This document shows, piece by piece, positions 18,094 through 26,897 of a stretch of 32,000 nucleotides of DNA. The stretch covers positions 510,001-542,000 of the forward strand of contig NC_000854.2 in the NCBI RefSeq assembly GCF_000011125.1, in the 5' to 3' direction. The position numbers and the translations under genes were made by a program. The notes below the pieces were generated by a model. The model did not search any database. It saw only the letters and a program-made list of their open reading frames with translations, and was not told where the DNA came from. The DNA comes from Aeropyrum pernix K1 (GTDB lineage Archaea > Thermoproteota > Thermoprotei_A > Sulfolobales > Acidilobaceae). The first letter of the stretch is position 1. The number at the start of each line of letters is the position of its first letter.

Positions 18094-18107
18094 AGGGTGA
18101 GGGTGAA

Positions 18108-18419
18108 GTGGCATCGGGAGGAGGATTTGAGGACCTCGCGAGGGAGGCTGCTAAATACTTCGGCGTCTGGATCGTGCTGGTTGCTAGCGCCGTCGCAGAA
18201 GTCTATCTAGTGCTGGAAGGTATAGCCAGGAATCCCTTCGTCTTCGTACTGGCTGTGGCCCTCTTCCAGTCGTCGCTAATAGCCCTGTTCTTCCAGCATC
18301 TAAGAGACGAGCCCATAATAATCAGGGGGATAACAGTATCCGGCGCTGTGCTAATAGCAATACTAATCATATCAGCTGTGACGAGCGTCCTGACGTGCAC
18401 GCCATACTTCCCAGGCTAG
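18108..18419 (+). CDS. Heme-copper oxidase subunit IV-like membrane protein
   Basis: The C-terminal part of the 17553..18419 ORF has three hydrophobic helices (WIVLVASAVAEVYLVL, FVFVLAVALFQSSLIALFF, GAVLIAILIISAVTSVL). In-frame GTG 18108 (MASGGGFEDLAREAAKYFG) lies just after the aoxB stop. Confidence 0.8.
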   Translation: MASGGGFEDLAREAAKYFGVWIVLVASAVAEVYLVLEGIARNPFVFVLAVALFQSSLIALFFQHLRDEPIIIRGITVSGAVLIAILIISAVTSVLTCTPYFPG

Positions 18420-18440
18420 CACCTGGGGGTGTGGGTGTAA

Positions 18441-18551
18441 ATGGTTTCCAGGTACGCGTTGGGGGCTATAATAGCTGGCATGCTGCTAACTGGCGCCGTG
18501 ATACTGCTCATCATAGCACGGCTTTTCCAACTAATACCTCCAATATTTTAG
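18441..18551 (+). CDS. Candidate 36-aa single-helix membrane protein
   Basis: ATG 18441 to TAG 18551: MVSRYALGAIIAGMLLTGAVILLIIARLFQLIPPIF, one strongly hydrophobic helix, purine-rich GGGGGTGTGGGTG upstream, inside the oxidase cluster. Too short for the supplied ORF track. Confidence 0.6.
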   Translation: MVSRYALGAIIAGMLLTGAVILLIIARLFQLIPPIF

Positions 18552-18663
18552 ACTCGGTTTTCAAACGATTTTCTTCAATCCAATAATCATTGTTAAGTGA
18601 AGAGGATTGTATGTACCATCCGATAAGGAGTGTGTCTCTATGAATGGATTGCATGGAGTGTAG

Positions 18664-19365
18664 GTGAAACCATTGGGGTCAGGAGAGCTGAACTCTATTC
18701 TGGAGGCCATAGGCCCTTTCAAATGGGCTGTGCTCGTATCGCTACTAGTAGTGGTTTCCGGCTTATCCATAGGCTTATATACAGCAGTAACTGGGCTGTA
18801 TCCTAAGGCTGACGTGGCGGGGGGCGAATACGCTACTGTCTATAGCGTCGGCCAACGCCTGTTTCCCGTCACTATACCCAGCACCCAAGGCACGGTCTCG
18901 GTTCCCATAGAAGGCAAAGTAAACATAATAGTGCCACAGTATGTGAGGTGCCCAGACATATGTCATTACGAGACTCTCATAATGAAATCTCTAATGATAA
19001 AGCTGTTCCAGGAAAACTCTCTCGATGACGTTGTTTTTGTGACTGTAGAGGTTGACCCGTGGAGAGGGTCCTTGGAGGAGGCTGACATGTACATCAAGGA
19101 GTCCACAGCATCGCTAGGCTTCACACCTCCCTGGATATGGGTTGGAGGCAACATGGAGCCGCTTGAGACTCTGTATAAACAGCTCGGGCTGAGCGTCCAG
19201 CTTGACAGTAGCACGGGCCTCATAGTTCATACGGCCGGATTCTACATAGTCGATAGAAACGGCATCCTGCTCTACTATGTAAAGGTAGAAGATGAGGGTT
19301 GGAAGAACCCGGGTAAGGTGGCCGATGTACTTGAATACGTGGTTAATGATGCTCTATCGAAGTAG
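18664..19365 (+). CDS. Sco1/SenC-family copper chaperone for oxidase assembly
   Basis: N-terminal membrane helix, RCPDICHYET (CxxxC) and a downstream conserved His in VHTAGFYIVDRNGILLYYV. Confidence 0.88.
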   Translation: MKPLGSGELNSILEAIGPFKWAVLVSLLVVVSGLSIGLYTAVTGLYPKADVAGGEYATVYSVGQRLFPVTIPSTQGTVSVPIEGKVNIIVPQYVRCPDICHYETLIMKSLMIKLFQENSLDDVVFVTVEVDPWRGSLEEADMYIKESTASLGFTPPWIWVGGNMEPLETLYKQLGLSVQLDSSTGLIVHTAGFYIVDRNGILLYYVKVEDEGWKNPGKVADVLEYVVNDALSK

Positions 19366-19921
19366 CGTGCATTGGGAGGCGAAGGGCAGAAACAAGAAGG
19401 AACACATGATCCGTATGCAAGCTCAAGGGGCCTACTGAAACCCTCAAAAAACCTCCAAGGCTGCGCTCTAGATGTTTTATCAAGCCGTGAGGAGGGTCTA
19501 GGTGGGATCCTGCTATAAAAGTGGGGCTGCTGCTGCACATCTCACCCCAATGTGACGATATGTCTCCACCTTTTTCGGCCAGTAGTATGCGAGGTTTAAA
19601 CCTCCTCAAGAGCGATGCTAGAGCTTCAACACCCTCATCATTAACAGTGAAGCAAGAACGCCTACCGCGTAGAGCCCTTGAAGCCTCTATCATGAAGGAA
19701 CGTTCGCTCCTAACAATATCTTTGCATGACAAGGGGGCTATTAGAAGCCTAGGCGGGAGGGGGCCGCCCATGAGAAGTGCAGCTAGCGTTGCATTCGGCT
19801 CCAGTATTGCATTGTAAGCCCTGGCTATGACGTCTAACCTACCACTGGGGCCTGCATACCCCCTAGCAGGTATATTCCCGTCTGTCCGGCCTGTAGGCGA
19901 TATCACTACGTACAAGCTCAT
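19343..19921 (-). CDS. SPOUT-type methyltransferase resembling TrmY (COG1901, tRNA pseudouridine-54 N1-methyltransferase)
   Basis: GRLDVIARAYNAIL, GGPLPPRLLIAP, SCKDIVRSERSFMIEASRAL, C-terminal LRVSVGPLSLHTDHVFLLVSAL. Confidence 0.65.
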   Translation of the reverse strand: MSLYVVISPTGRTDGNIPARGYAGPSGRLDVIARAYNAILEPNATLAALLMGGPLPPRLLIAPLSCKDIVRSERSFMIEASRALRGRRSCFTVNDEGVEALASLLRRFKPRILLAEKGGDISSHWGEMCSSSPTFIAGSHLDPPHGLIKHLERSLGGFLRVSVGPLSLHTDHVFLLVSALRLPMHATSIEHH

Positions 19922-20001
19922 AACGCCGTACCATAATTCTATACCTATCTCTGGACACTATCCTTAAAACAACAATATAATGTAGGACAGGTGGTAGGTG
20001 T

Positions 20002-20595
20002 ATGGCTAGTCTGAGGGGGTTGAAAGCCAGTGTTATGGCTCTAATAATACTGGCGTTTCTAGCTGTCCTAGTTATGGTATCGCGCTGGCTGTGGATTAAT
20101 ATTATGGCCCTCGATCCTGGCCCCATTCACCCCGCTCTCGCCGTTGTAGGCGGGTTTATCGTAGGCGTTGGTGTGGCAGAGCTGCTTTACACCTACATTT
20201 ACTTCAGCCCAACCACTATGCTCTCGAACACTATAGATGATATAGTAGAGATAGTAGGGGATATACTTAAGGGTAGGGCTCCCTGGAAGCCTGGGAGTAA
20301 TGTAGAGTGCAGGGAGCATAATATAGTGGCGGATGGCCCGTACAGGTGTGTCCGCCACCCCGTCTACACTGCAGCCCTCACAATGTTCCTCGGCGCATCG
20401 CTCGTTAAACACTACTTCCTGCTGGCTTCCGCACTCATGATTGCAGCGTACACAATCCTAGGTGTTTTCGAGGAGGCCAGGCTTAACGCTAGAACCTGCG
20501 GCAAGTACATGGAAGTTATGAGTGACAAGCCTAGACTCAACCCCCTCAGCCTTCTAAAATGCATGTTAAGAGAGATAGCCGGGGGTACAGGCTAA
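20002..20595 (+). CDS. Isoprenylcysteine carboxyl methyltransferase-like / phospholipid methyltransferase-like integral membrane protein
   Basis: Multiple hydrophobic helices and the RxxRHPxY-type motif GPYRCVRHPVYTAALTMFLG with downstream EEARLNARTCGKYMEVM. Confidence 0.8.
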   Translation: MASLRGLKASVMALIILAFLAVLVMVSRWLWINIMALDPGPIHPALAVVGGFIVGVGVAELLYTYIYFSPTTMLSNTIDDIVEIVGDILKGRAPWKPGSNVECREHNIVADGPYRCVRHPVYTAALTMFLGASLVKHYFLLASALMIAAYTILGVFEEARLNARTCGKYMEVMSDKPRLNPLSLLKCMLREIAGGTG

Positions 20596-20596
20596 C

Positions 20597-21691
20597 TCAA
20601 CACTCTTCCACAGGCTCCTTAACCACGCTTTCCGAACTCGAAGTAGGACGTGACGCAGCCATCTCAGGGGGTATAGGTTCTTGAGACCCAGTAGCTATAG
20701 ATTCTACCACCAGTCTGGCTAGGACAGGGGCTAGTGTCACACCAACGCCATCCAGCCCGGCCAGTAAGTAGACCCTGCTGCAGCCGGGAAGCATCCCAAG
20801 GACTGGGCGGGCGTCCCTTCCTACTACACACGGGGCAGATACTGGGGTTATCAACTCTGCTTCGCCTAGGCCCTCCAGCCTCTCTATAGACCTGCTAATA
20901 ACAGCGTCCAGAACGTCCCCACTATACCTATACCCGTCTAGGGGGCTAGCTATCTCAACGCAGCATCCATTGCCCAAGACACCGTCTCCAGAGGCGTGTA
21001 TAGATAAGTAGAAGTCTAGTATGTCGTCTACCACGGCAAAGGGGCCCCCGCCCGCTCTGATAATTAGTGCCTCACACCTGTAGACGCGTAGCATGTTGGA
21101 AAGAGCTTGAAGCCCACTTATGAACCCGGTCCATGGGCCCGCTGCTACAATTATTGCGTCAAACTCTCTACTACCCCCCCTCTTGAGGCCTACTGAACCG
21201 CAGCCCACGTACTCCACGCTATCCTCGACAATATCCACATTGGAGGCTGAAGAGGCTAGGCTATAGAACTCTCCAGTGTCTACTATTATGGTATTTATTA
21301 CGTGCAGCTCCTCACCGTAACCAAGATTGACCGTATACCTGCCTAGCCTGATCGATTCTTCCCCGGCCACACTACGCTCGATAATCCCTTTGTCCGACAG
21401 GAGCCTTTCCAATCTCCTGCACGAGCCTCGCTCATGGAGCCATAACAGCCTAGACTCAAGCCCGAGCCCAAGCCTCTTCAACAGCGACAGAGTCTCCAAC
21501 GCTACTGGCGCTAGGGAGATGTCGATTGTCGGGTCTATAATGCCTGCTGACACTCTCGTGGCGGTAAGCGAAGATAGGTCTGCCTCGTAAACCACGACGT
21601 CATAACCATAGTTAGAAGCCCACCAGGCCGCCATTAAGCCCGCGACGCCCCCGCCGACAACAGCTATTCTCCTCGCCATGACAGCAGACAC
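20597..21691 (-). CDS. FAD-dependent oxidoreductase, DAO family
   Basis: Dinucleotide-binding motif RRIAVVGGGVAGLMAAWWASNYGYDVVVYEAD and C-terminal GLDGVGVTLAPVLARLV. Confidence 0.85.
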   Translation of the reverse strand: MSAVMARRIAVVGGGVAGLMAAWWASNYGYDVVVYEADLSSLTATRVSAGIIDPTIDISLAPVALETLSLLKRLGLGLESRLLWLHERGSCRRLERLLSDKGIIERSVAGEESIRLGRYTVNLGYGEELHVINTIIVDTGEFYSLASSASNVDIVEDSVEYVGCGSVGLKRGGSREFDAIIVAAGPWTGFISGLQALSNMLRVYRCEALIIRAGGGPFAVVDDILDFYLSIHASGDGVLGNGCCVEIASPLDGYRYSGDVLDAVISRSIERLEGLGEAELITPVSAPCVVGRDARPVLGMLPGCSRVYLLAGLDGVGVTLAPVLARLVVESIATGSQEPIPPEMAASRPTSSSESVVKEPVEEC

Positions 21692-21812
21692 CTTAAAGCT
21701 ATTGTGCTACGCTAACTCTCCATGACTCCTCTGGGTGTGGGTAGGTGCTCAACTTAATTTGGGCCTCCCATACTATACCCTTTATTACAGTGTAGCTTTA
21801 GGGTGTGAGTGG

Positions 21813-22616
21813 ATGCTAAAAGCCATTGTAACTAATGATGACGGCGTGCACAGCAGGTCTCTCAGAGCACTGGCCGAGAGCCTAGCATCTAGAGGTTGGG
21901 ATGTGGTTGTCGCCGCGCCGCTGGGCAACTGGAGCGGCTACTCGAAAAGCATAGGCAGGTTTAGGGGGAATAGGGTTTACCGCTTCGAGTCTAGGGGTGT
22001 GAGATTCTTTACAGGTGATATGCCCCCAGCCGCCCTTGTAGGTACAGCTATTGACATCGCTGGCTTCGAGCCGGATATAGTAGTCTCGGGCATAAACTAC
22101 GGACCCAACCTTGGGATATACGACTTTTTCTCCAGCGGCACCATAGGAGGCGCTCTAGAGGCGGCTCTGAGAGGGTTTAAGTCGGTTTCAATAAGCTCCG
22201 CCTGCAGGGAGGAGGAGACTGACTGCCTGCCAGAGGCCCTCAGCATCTCCCTAGCCGTTGTCGAAACGTCTGTAGAAACTCTGAGCAGCAGCGCAGGATT
22301 AATGGTCGTCAACATACCAAGGAGCCCTAGAGGATTTAAGGTGACCAGGCCGTGCAGGAGGGTGCCCAGGTTCTCGGGGGAAATCGGCGAAGAGGGCTCG
22401 CTTCTTGTAGAGAAGTTCGACCACTCCAGGCTGTTCAGCAGCGAGCATGACAGTTGCGACGGCAGACTCTTCTCTATGGGATACATACCAGTATCACTGT
22501 ACAAGATTGACAACGGCTGGATCCACCCCCTCGACCCCAGTAGAGATGGGTACCTGAAGGCAGTCGAGGATATTCTAAACTACAAAATCTTTCCATCGGC
22601 GGGGAAGCAGTTTTAA
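21813..22616 (+). CDS. surE: 5'-nucleotidase SurE
   Basis: MLKAIVTNDDGVHSRSLRALAESL, GDMPPAALVGTAID, VVSGINYGPNLG, FFSSGTIGGALEAALRG. ORF track start 21735; ATG 21813 matches the SurE N-terminus. Confidence 0.95.
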   Translation: MLKAIVTNDDGVHSRSLRALAESLASRGWDVVVAAPLGNWSGYSKSIGRFRGNRVYRFESRGVRFFTGDMPPAALVGTAIDIAGFEPDIVVSGINYGPNLGIYDFFSSGTIGGALEAALRGFKSVSISSACREEETDCLPEALSISLAVVETSVETLSSSAGLMVVNIPRSPRGFKVTRPCRRVPRFSGEIGEEGSLLVEKFDHSRLFSSEHDSCDGRLFSMGYIPVSLYKIDNGWIHPLDPSRDGYLKAVEDILNYKIFPSAGKQF

Positions 22617-23801
22617 GGCGTAACAGCCTGAAGGAGGCCTGTAACCAGGGCTCTTCTCCTTTGACTCTAGGAGCCCGAAACCAAGGTCCTTAGGGGGAGA
22701 GCCTGTAGCTAGAGCGTATGACACCATGTAGGAGGCTATTCTGGCCTCGGCAGTAGCCCCCCGAGACTTTGTGCTCTCCTCGCTGACTAGGATCGCGCTG
22801 GCCCCGCTCTCCGCCGAAGCTAGTGTGAGGACGGGTATAGAGCCCGTGGTATCGGCGTCAATCATCTCATAAACATTGTTGATTCCGACCATAGCAGGGC
22901 ATTCCATGCCGCGTTCACGGGCTATTTTCAGGGCGGCCAGGCTTTCGAAGGGATATGGAAGGGCTCCCGGCCTGCGCAGCACGGGGTCTACTATCGGGTT
23001 AAGGCCCTCTCTAACCCCCCATTTGCAGGACCTCAGTATATCCTCGGCCATCTGGAGCGTGTCATTGCTTCTGTACCTTGGTAGGATTGTTGTAAAGCGG
23101 CTTTCAACATTTGGAGCCTCTCCACCCTCCCACACGCTCATGTACACAACTGGCTTTGGAGATCCGGGGGGGAGGCCTGCCTCTAGGAAGTCGTGGGACG
23201 GGGGGTCGACTCCCGCCTCTATCCCGAGGTCTCTAGCGGCGGCTGCAAAGACGCTTGCGAAAGACTCTGAGTCGCCGCCCGAGGCACCAATAACGACTAC
23301 ATCAGCGCCCTGTGCTGCCCTGTAGGCTGCTTCAAGGATAGCGTCGAAGACGCTGGGAAACCCGTCTACATAGACCTCTGAGAGGACAAATACAGGTGGG
23401 GGGGAGGCTGGAGGGTTGAAGCCGTTTATGCCCGAGGCAACTTCGCCCAGCACATCCTTAACAACCTCCACGAACCTGCCTCCCAGGAGTTTCTCCGCGG
23501 GCAGTACTGGGCTGAGGTCCTGTGGTTCCACTATCCTGAGCACTTTCGGGAGCGGCTTGAGGGAGTATGTCCCCTTGACAACCCTACCGCCGAACTCGAG
23601 GAAGTCTCCCGGCACGCCTCCCGGCGTTATGATAGTCGCCCTTGGAAACCTTTCCAGTATGCTCCTGAGCGAATCCTTTGTGGGTGGCGATCGAACTGTG
23701 GCTACACTGTAGCCGAGGGACTCTATCTCCCGTACGACGCGTGAGACTTCACCGCCTGTTTTCTGGAGTAGGAGAACTATGTCTGCATCAGCCGTCTCCA
23801 A
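22575..23801 (-). CDS. Uncharacterised archaeal protein, possibly related to the dihydropteroate synthase-related family
   Basis: 408 aa with VYVDGFPSVFDAILEAAYRAAQGADVVVIGASGG and a C-terminal segment GFGLLESKEKSPGYRPPSGCYAL. The family link is from memory and weak. Confidence 0.6.
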   Translation of the reverse strand: METADADIVLLLQKTGGEVSRVVREIESLGYSVATVRSPPTKDSLRSILERFPRATIITPGGVPGDFLEFGGRVVKGTYSLKPLPKVLRIVEPQDLSPVLPAEKLLGGRFVEVVKDVLGEVASGINGFNPPASPPPVFVLSEVYVDGFPSVFDAILEAAYRAAQGADVVVIGASGGDSESFASVFAAAARDLGIEAGVDPPSHDFLEAGLPPGSPKPVVYMSVWEGGEAPNVESRFTTILPRYRSNDTLQMAEDILRSCKWGVREGLNPIVDPVLRRPGALPYPFESLAALKIARERGMECPAMVGINNVYEMIDADTTGSIPVLTLASAESGASAILVSEESTKSRGATAEARIASYMVSYALATGSPPKDLGFGLLESKEKSPGYRPPSGCYALKLLPRRWKDFVV

Positions 23802-23864
23802 GCCTCAACCCACTGGCACAAAAGTTGCCTGCTAGAATTTTAATCTGGTTTAAACGTCCATGGG

Positions 23865-24953
23865 TTACCGCACCCTCGCACCCCCTCTCCTCCTGCTCGG
23901 CACCACACGGCCGTAGCCTCTGCTGGTGTCGGGCGTCATGCCTGCTTGAATAGTGTGGGGATGCCCGTAGCCTTGGGGATGCTGAAAGCGGTGCTGAGGG
24001 TATGTGTCATACACCATGGCTGGAGGATACATGCCGGTTTGCTGGGGGCTTTGAAGCGGCTGTGTAAGCATGGGGCTTGCGAACGTCTGATAATACTCTC
24101 TCTCTACGTCGTCGTACGTCATATGGAGGTAGAGCTGGGTCACCTTTATGTCGCTATGGCCCAGTAGCCTCTGAAGCGCGGCGAGGCTCATGCCCCTTCT
24201 CAAAGCCTCGGTGGCGAAGGTATGCCTCAGTATGTGGGGCCTCACCTTACGCGGGTCCAGCCCCGCCCTCTTGGCTAGGCTCTTCAGCCTCTTGTAGACG
24301 GCTTGGTACGAGAGTTCTATTATCCTGGAGTCGGGTGGTAGGGGGTTGGAGGCTAGGTACTCTTCAAGCAGCATCCTAGATAGGGGGCCTAGGAACACTA
24401 TCCTCTCCTTTCCATACTTTCCTACGACCCTGACAACACCCCTCCCGAGGTCGACGTCTGACAGTCTCAGCGACAGTAGCTCGGAAACCCTAAGACCAGT
24501 CTCGGCCAGCATGGAAACTATAAGTGCGTCTATAATATCCCTAGACGCCGATAGCAGCGCCTCAACGTCCCTCCACGAGAGGCTGCCGCTGAACCTCCGC
24601 TCGCCCCTGCTGAACGGTCTCATGACACCCTCCACACCGGCCCATTTGAGGAAGCGCCTGACCATTATGCTGTAGTAGTGTGCTGTAGTCCTGGATATGA
24701 CCCCCTTCCTCACCCTCTCGCTTACACTAGACATCCACTGGACGTACGTCATGTGTGAAGCGTCTCCAACTCTGACCCTTCCGTAGCTCTTGAGGAAGTC
24801 CTTCAAAGCCGCTCTATAAACCTTTATAGTCTTACTGCTCCACCCTGTGCTTTCTAGTATTGTCAAGAAGAGCCTAGCTGCATCCTCTAAACTATACTCC
24901 CTAATATCCCTAGGAGGCGGCGGCAGAGACTCTATAGAACCGGCTCTAGCCAT
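23865..24953 (-). CDS. xerA: Tyrosine recombinase, XerA/XerC-D type, with extended low-complexity C-terminus
   Basis: Catalytic residues in ETGLRVSELLSLRLSD, KYGKERIVFL, PHILRHTFATEALRRG, LLGHSDIKVTQLYLHM. Confidence 0.93.
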   Translation of the reverse strand: MARAGSIESLPPPPRDIREYSLEDAARLFLTILESTGWSSKTIKVYRAALKDFLKSYGRVRVGDASHMTYVQWMSSVSERVRKGVISRTTAHYYSIMVRRFLKWAGVEGVMRPFSRGERRFSGSLSWRDVEALLSASRDIIDALIVSMLAETGLRVSELLSLRLSDVDLGRGVVRVVGKYGKERIVFLGPLSRMLLEEYLASNPLPPDSRIIELSYQAVYKRLKSLAKRAGLDPRKVRPHILRHTFATEALRRGMSLAALQRLLGHSDIKVTQLYLHMTYDDVEREYYQTFASPMLTQPLQSPQQTGMYPPAMVYDTYPQHRFQHPQGYGHPHTIQAGMTPDTSRGYGRVVPSRRRGGARVR

Positions 24954-25108
24954 AGCTAACCCCGGAATACGTATTTGGCGTGTAGGACACGAGACCCGTG
25001 ACGGCCGGTATTTTCAGGGTTATACCGCGGCCACCCTCTAGCCTTCTTTGAGGCCCCCTTGAGGATCTAGACTCGGCGAAAATTCAGTTTGATAAGTATT
25101 CCCCGTTA

Positions 25109-26770
25109 ATGACTATTGTTTGGACACCGGTTAAAGGGTGGTTCCTCGTGGCTTTATGGAGGATAGAGAAGCCTAAGAACGAGCCTTTCCTGGAGTTTAG
25201 GCCTGGGACTAAGGAGAGGGAGCTTCTAAAGAAGAAGCTCGAGGAGGTTAAGAGTAAGACCGTCGAGATCCCCCTGATAATCGGGGGGAAAGAGGTCAAG
25301 ACTGGTGAGACCGTCGAGATACGCGCGCCCCACGATAAGGATGCCGTGCTGGCTGTAGCCCACCTTGCTGGGGAGGAGGAGATAAGGGATGCCATAGAGA
25401 AGGCCCTGGACGCTTGGACAAAGTGGTCCGAGATGGAGTGGTACCACAGGGCCTCAGTCTTCCTGAAGGCTGCAGACCTGCTGGCGGGGCCCTACAGGCT
25501 TGAGGCCGATGCTGTCATAATGCTTAACCACTCGAAGACGCCGTGGGAGGCGGAGATAGACCTGGCAGAACTCGTGGACTTCTGGAGGTTTGGGGCCTAC
25601 TATGCTAGATTCATCTTCGAACAGCAGCCTGAGCAGGCTCCCGGCGAGCTAAACAGGGTCGAGTGGCGGCCTCTAGAGGGCTTCGTATTCGCAGTTCCCC
25701 CGTTCAACTTCTTCAGCATAGGAGGTAACCTGCCCACCGCCCCCGCGCTCGTGGGGAACGTGTCGATATGGAAGCCTTCCAGATGGGTTATATACTCCAA
25801 CTACATAATAATGAGGATCCTGATGGAGGCTGGGCTACCTCCGGGCGTGGTAAACTTCGTTCCCTTCAACACCAAGTACTCGAGCATAGTGCTCTCCCAC
25901 CCAGACTTCGCAGGCCTCCACTTCACAGGGAGCTACTCAACTTTCGTCAGGCTCTGGAAGATGATAGCGCAGAACCTGGACAAGTACAGGAACTTCCCCA
26001 GGATAGTGGGCGAGACGGGCGGTAAAGACTTCATTGTGGTCCACCCGAGCGCAGACATAACCGAGGCAGTGGTTGCTACGATAAGAGGAGCCTTCGAGTA
26101 CCAGGGGCAGAAGTGCAGCGCTGCCTCCAGGCTATTCGTACCCAAGAGCATGTGGCCCAGGTTCTGGGAGGCCATGAAGGCGGAGCTGGATAAGGTTAAG
26201 GTCGGGCCGGTTGACGACTTCACAGTATTCATGGGCGCCATAATAAGCGAGGAGCAGTTTAGGAAGATAGTCTCCTACATAGAGTATGCTAAGCAGCATC
26301 CCGAGGAGTACCAGATAATCTACGGTGGCAAGTATGATGACAGTAAGGGCTACTTCATATGGCCTACTGTCGTGCTCACCAACAACCCGAAGGGCAAGCT
26401 GATGACAGAAGAGATCTTCGGCCCTGTGCTCACGGTCTACGTGTATGACGACGACAAGTATGATGAGATACTGTGGGTTGTGGACAAGGCAGCTCCCTAC
26501 GGACTAACAGGGTCCGTGTTCGCGAAGGATAGGGAGGCCATACTCAAGGCGGAGAAGGCGCTTAGGTATGCAGCAGGCAACTTCTACATAAACGACAAGC
26601 CGACAGGATCCATAGTGGCTAGACAGCCCTTCGGAGGCGCCAGATGGTCGGGCACCAACGACAAGGCAGGCTGGTTCACAAACCTCCTAAGGTGGCTGAA
26701 CCCGAGATCGATAAAGGAGACCCTAGTGCCGCCGAAAGAGTGGAGAAGACCCTATATGGGAGAGGACTAG
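25109..26770 (+). CDS. 1-pyrroline-5-carboxylate (L-glutamate gamma-semialdehyde) dehydrogenase
   Basis: Aldehyde dehydrogenase fold with PPFNFFSIGGNLPTAPALVGNVSIWKPS, VGETGGKDFIVV, FEYQGQKCSAASR, EEIFGPVLTVYVYDD; the NRVEWRPLEGFVFAVPPFNFF region is P5CDH-like. Start codon uncertain (25109 or a downstream alternative). Confidence 0.93.
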   Translation: MTIVWTPVKGWFLVALWRIEKPKNEPFLEFRPGTKERELLKKKLEEVKSKTVEIPLIIGGKEVKTGETVEIRAPHDKDAVLAVAHLAGEEEIRDAIEKALDAWTKWSEMEWYHRASVFLKAADLLAGPYRLEADAVIMLNHSKTPWEAEIDLAELVDFWRFGAYYARFIFEQQPEQAPGELNRVEWRPLEGFVFAVPPFNFFSIGGNLPTAPALVGNVSIWKPSRWVIYSNYIIMRILMEAGLPPGVVNFVPFNTKYSSIVLSHPDFAGLHFTGSYSTFVRLWKMIAQNLDKYRNFPRIVGETGGKDFIVVHPSADITEAVVATIRGAFEYQGQKCSAASRLFVPKSMWPRFWEAMKAELDKVKVGPVDDFTVFMGAIISEEQFRKIVSYIEYAKQHPEEYQIIYGGKYDDSKGYFIWPTVVLTNNPKGKLMTEEIFGPVLTVYVYDDDKYDEILWVVDKAAPYGLTGSVFAKDREAILKAEKALRYAAGNFYINDKPTGSIVARQPFGGARWSGTNDKAGWFTNLLRWLNPRSIKETLVPPKEWRRPYMGED

Positions 26771-26897
26771 ACCAGCTTTAGAAGGGTTGTAAGAGGGTTA
26801 AAACACCACGCTTCTTTTCTCCCTCCATCTATACTTCTTGCTAATTTACAGTGTAGGATCGAGGGGCAGCATACTTCCTTGGGACTGGTAAACCCTT

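Noticed and set aside
17553-18107. N-terminal part of the 17553..18419 ORF (MGVYSQRGCHVRQHIQ...)
   Set aside because: It is an out-of-frame read through the aoxB subunit III region; only the portion from GTG 18108 looks like a real subunit IV-like protein.
24954-25108. Possible dif site beside xerA
   Set aside because: I looked for two about 11-bp inverted half-sites with a 6-bp spacer and saw none convincing. dif need not be adjacent to xerA.
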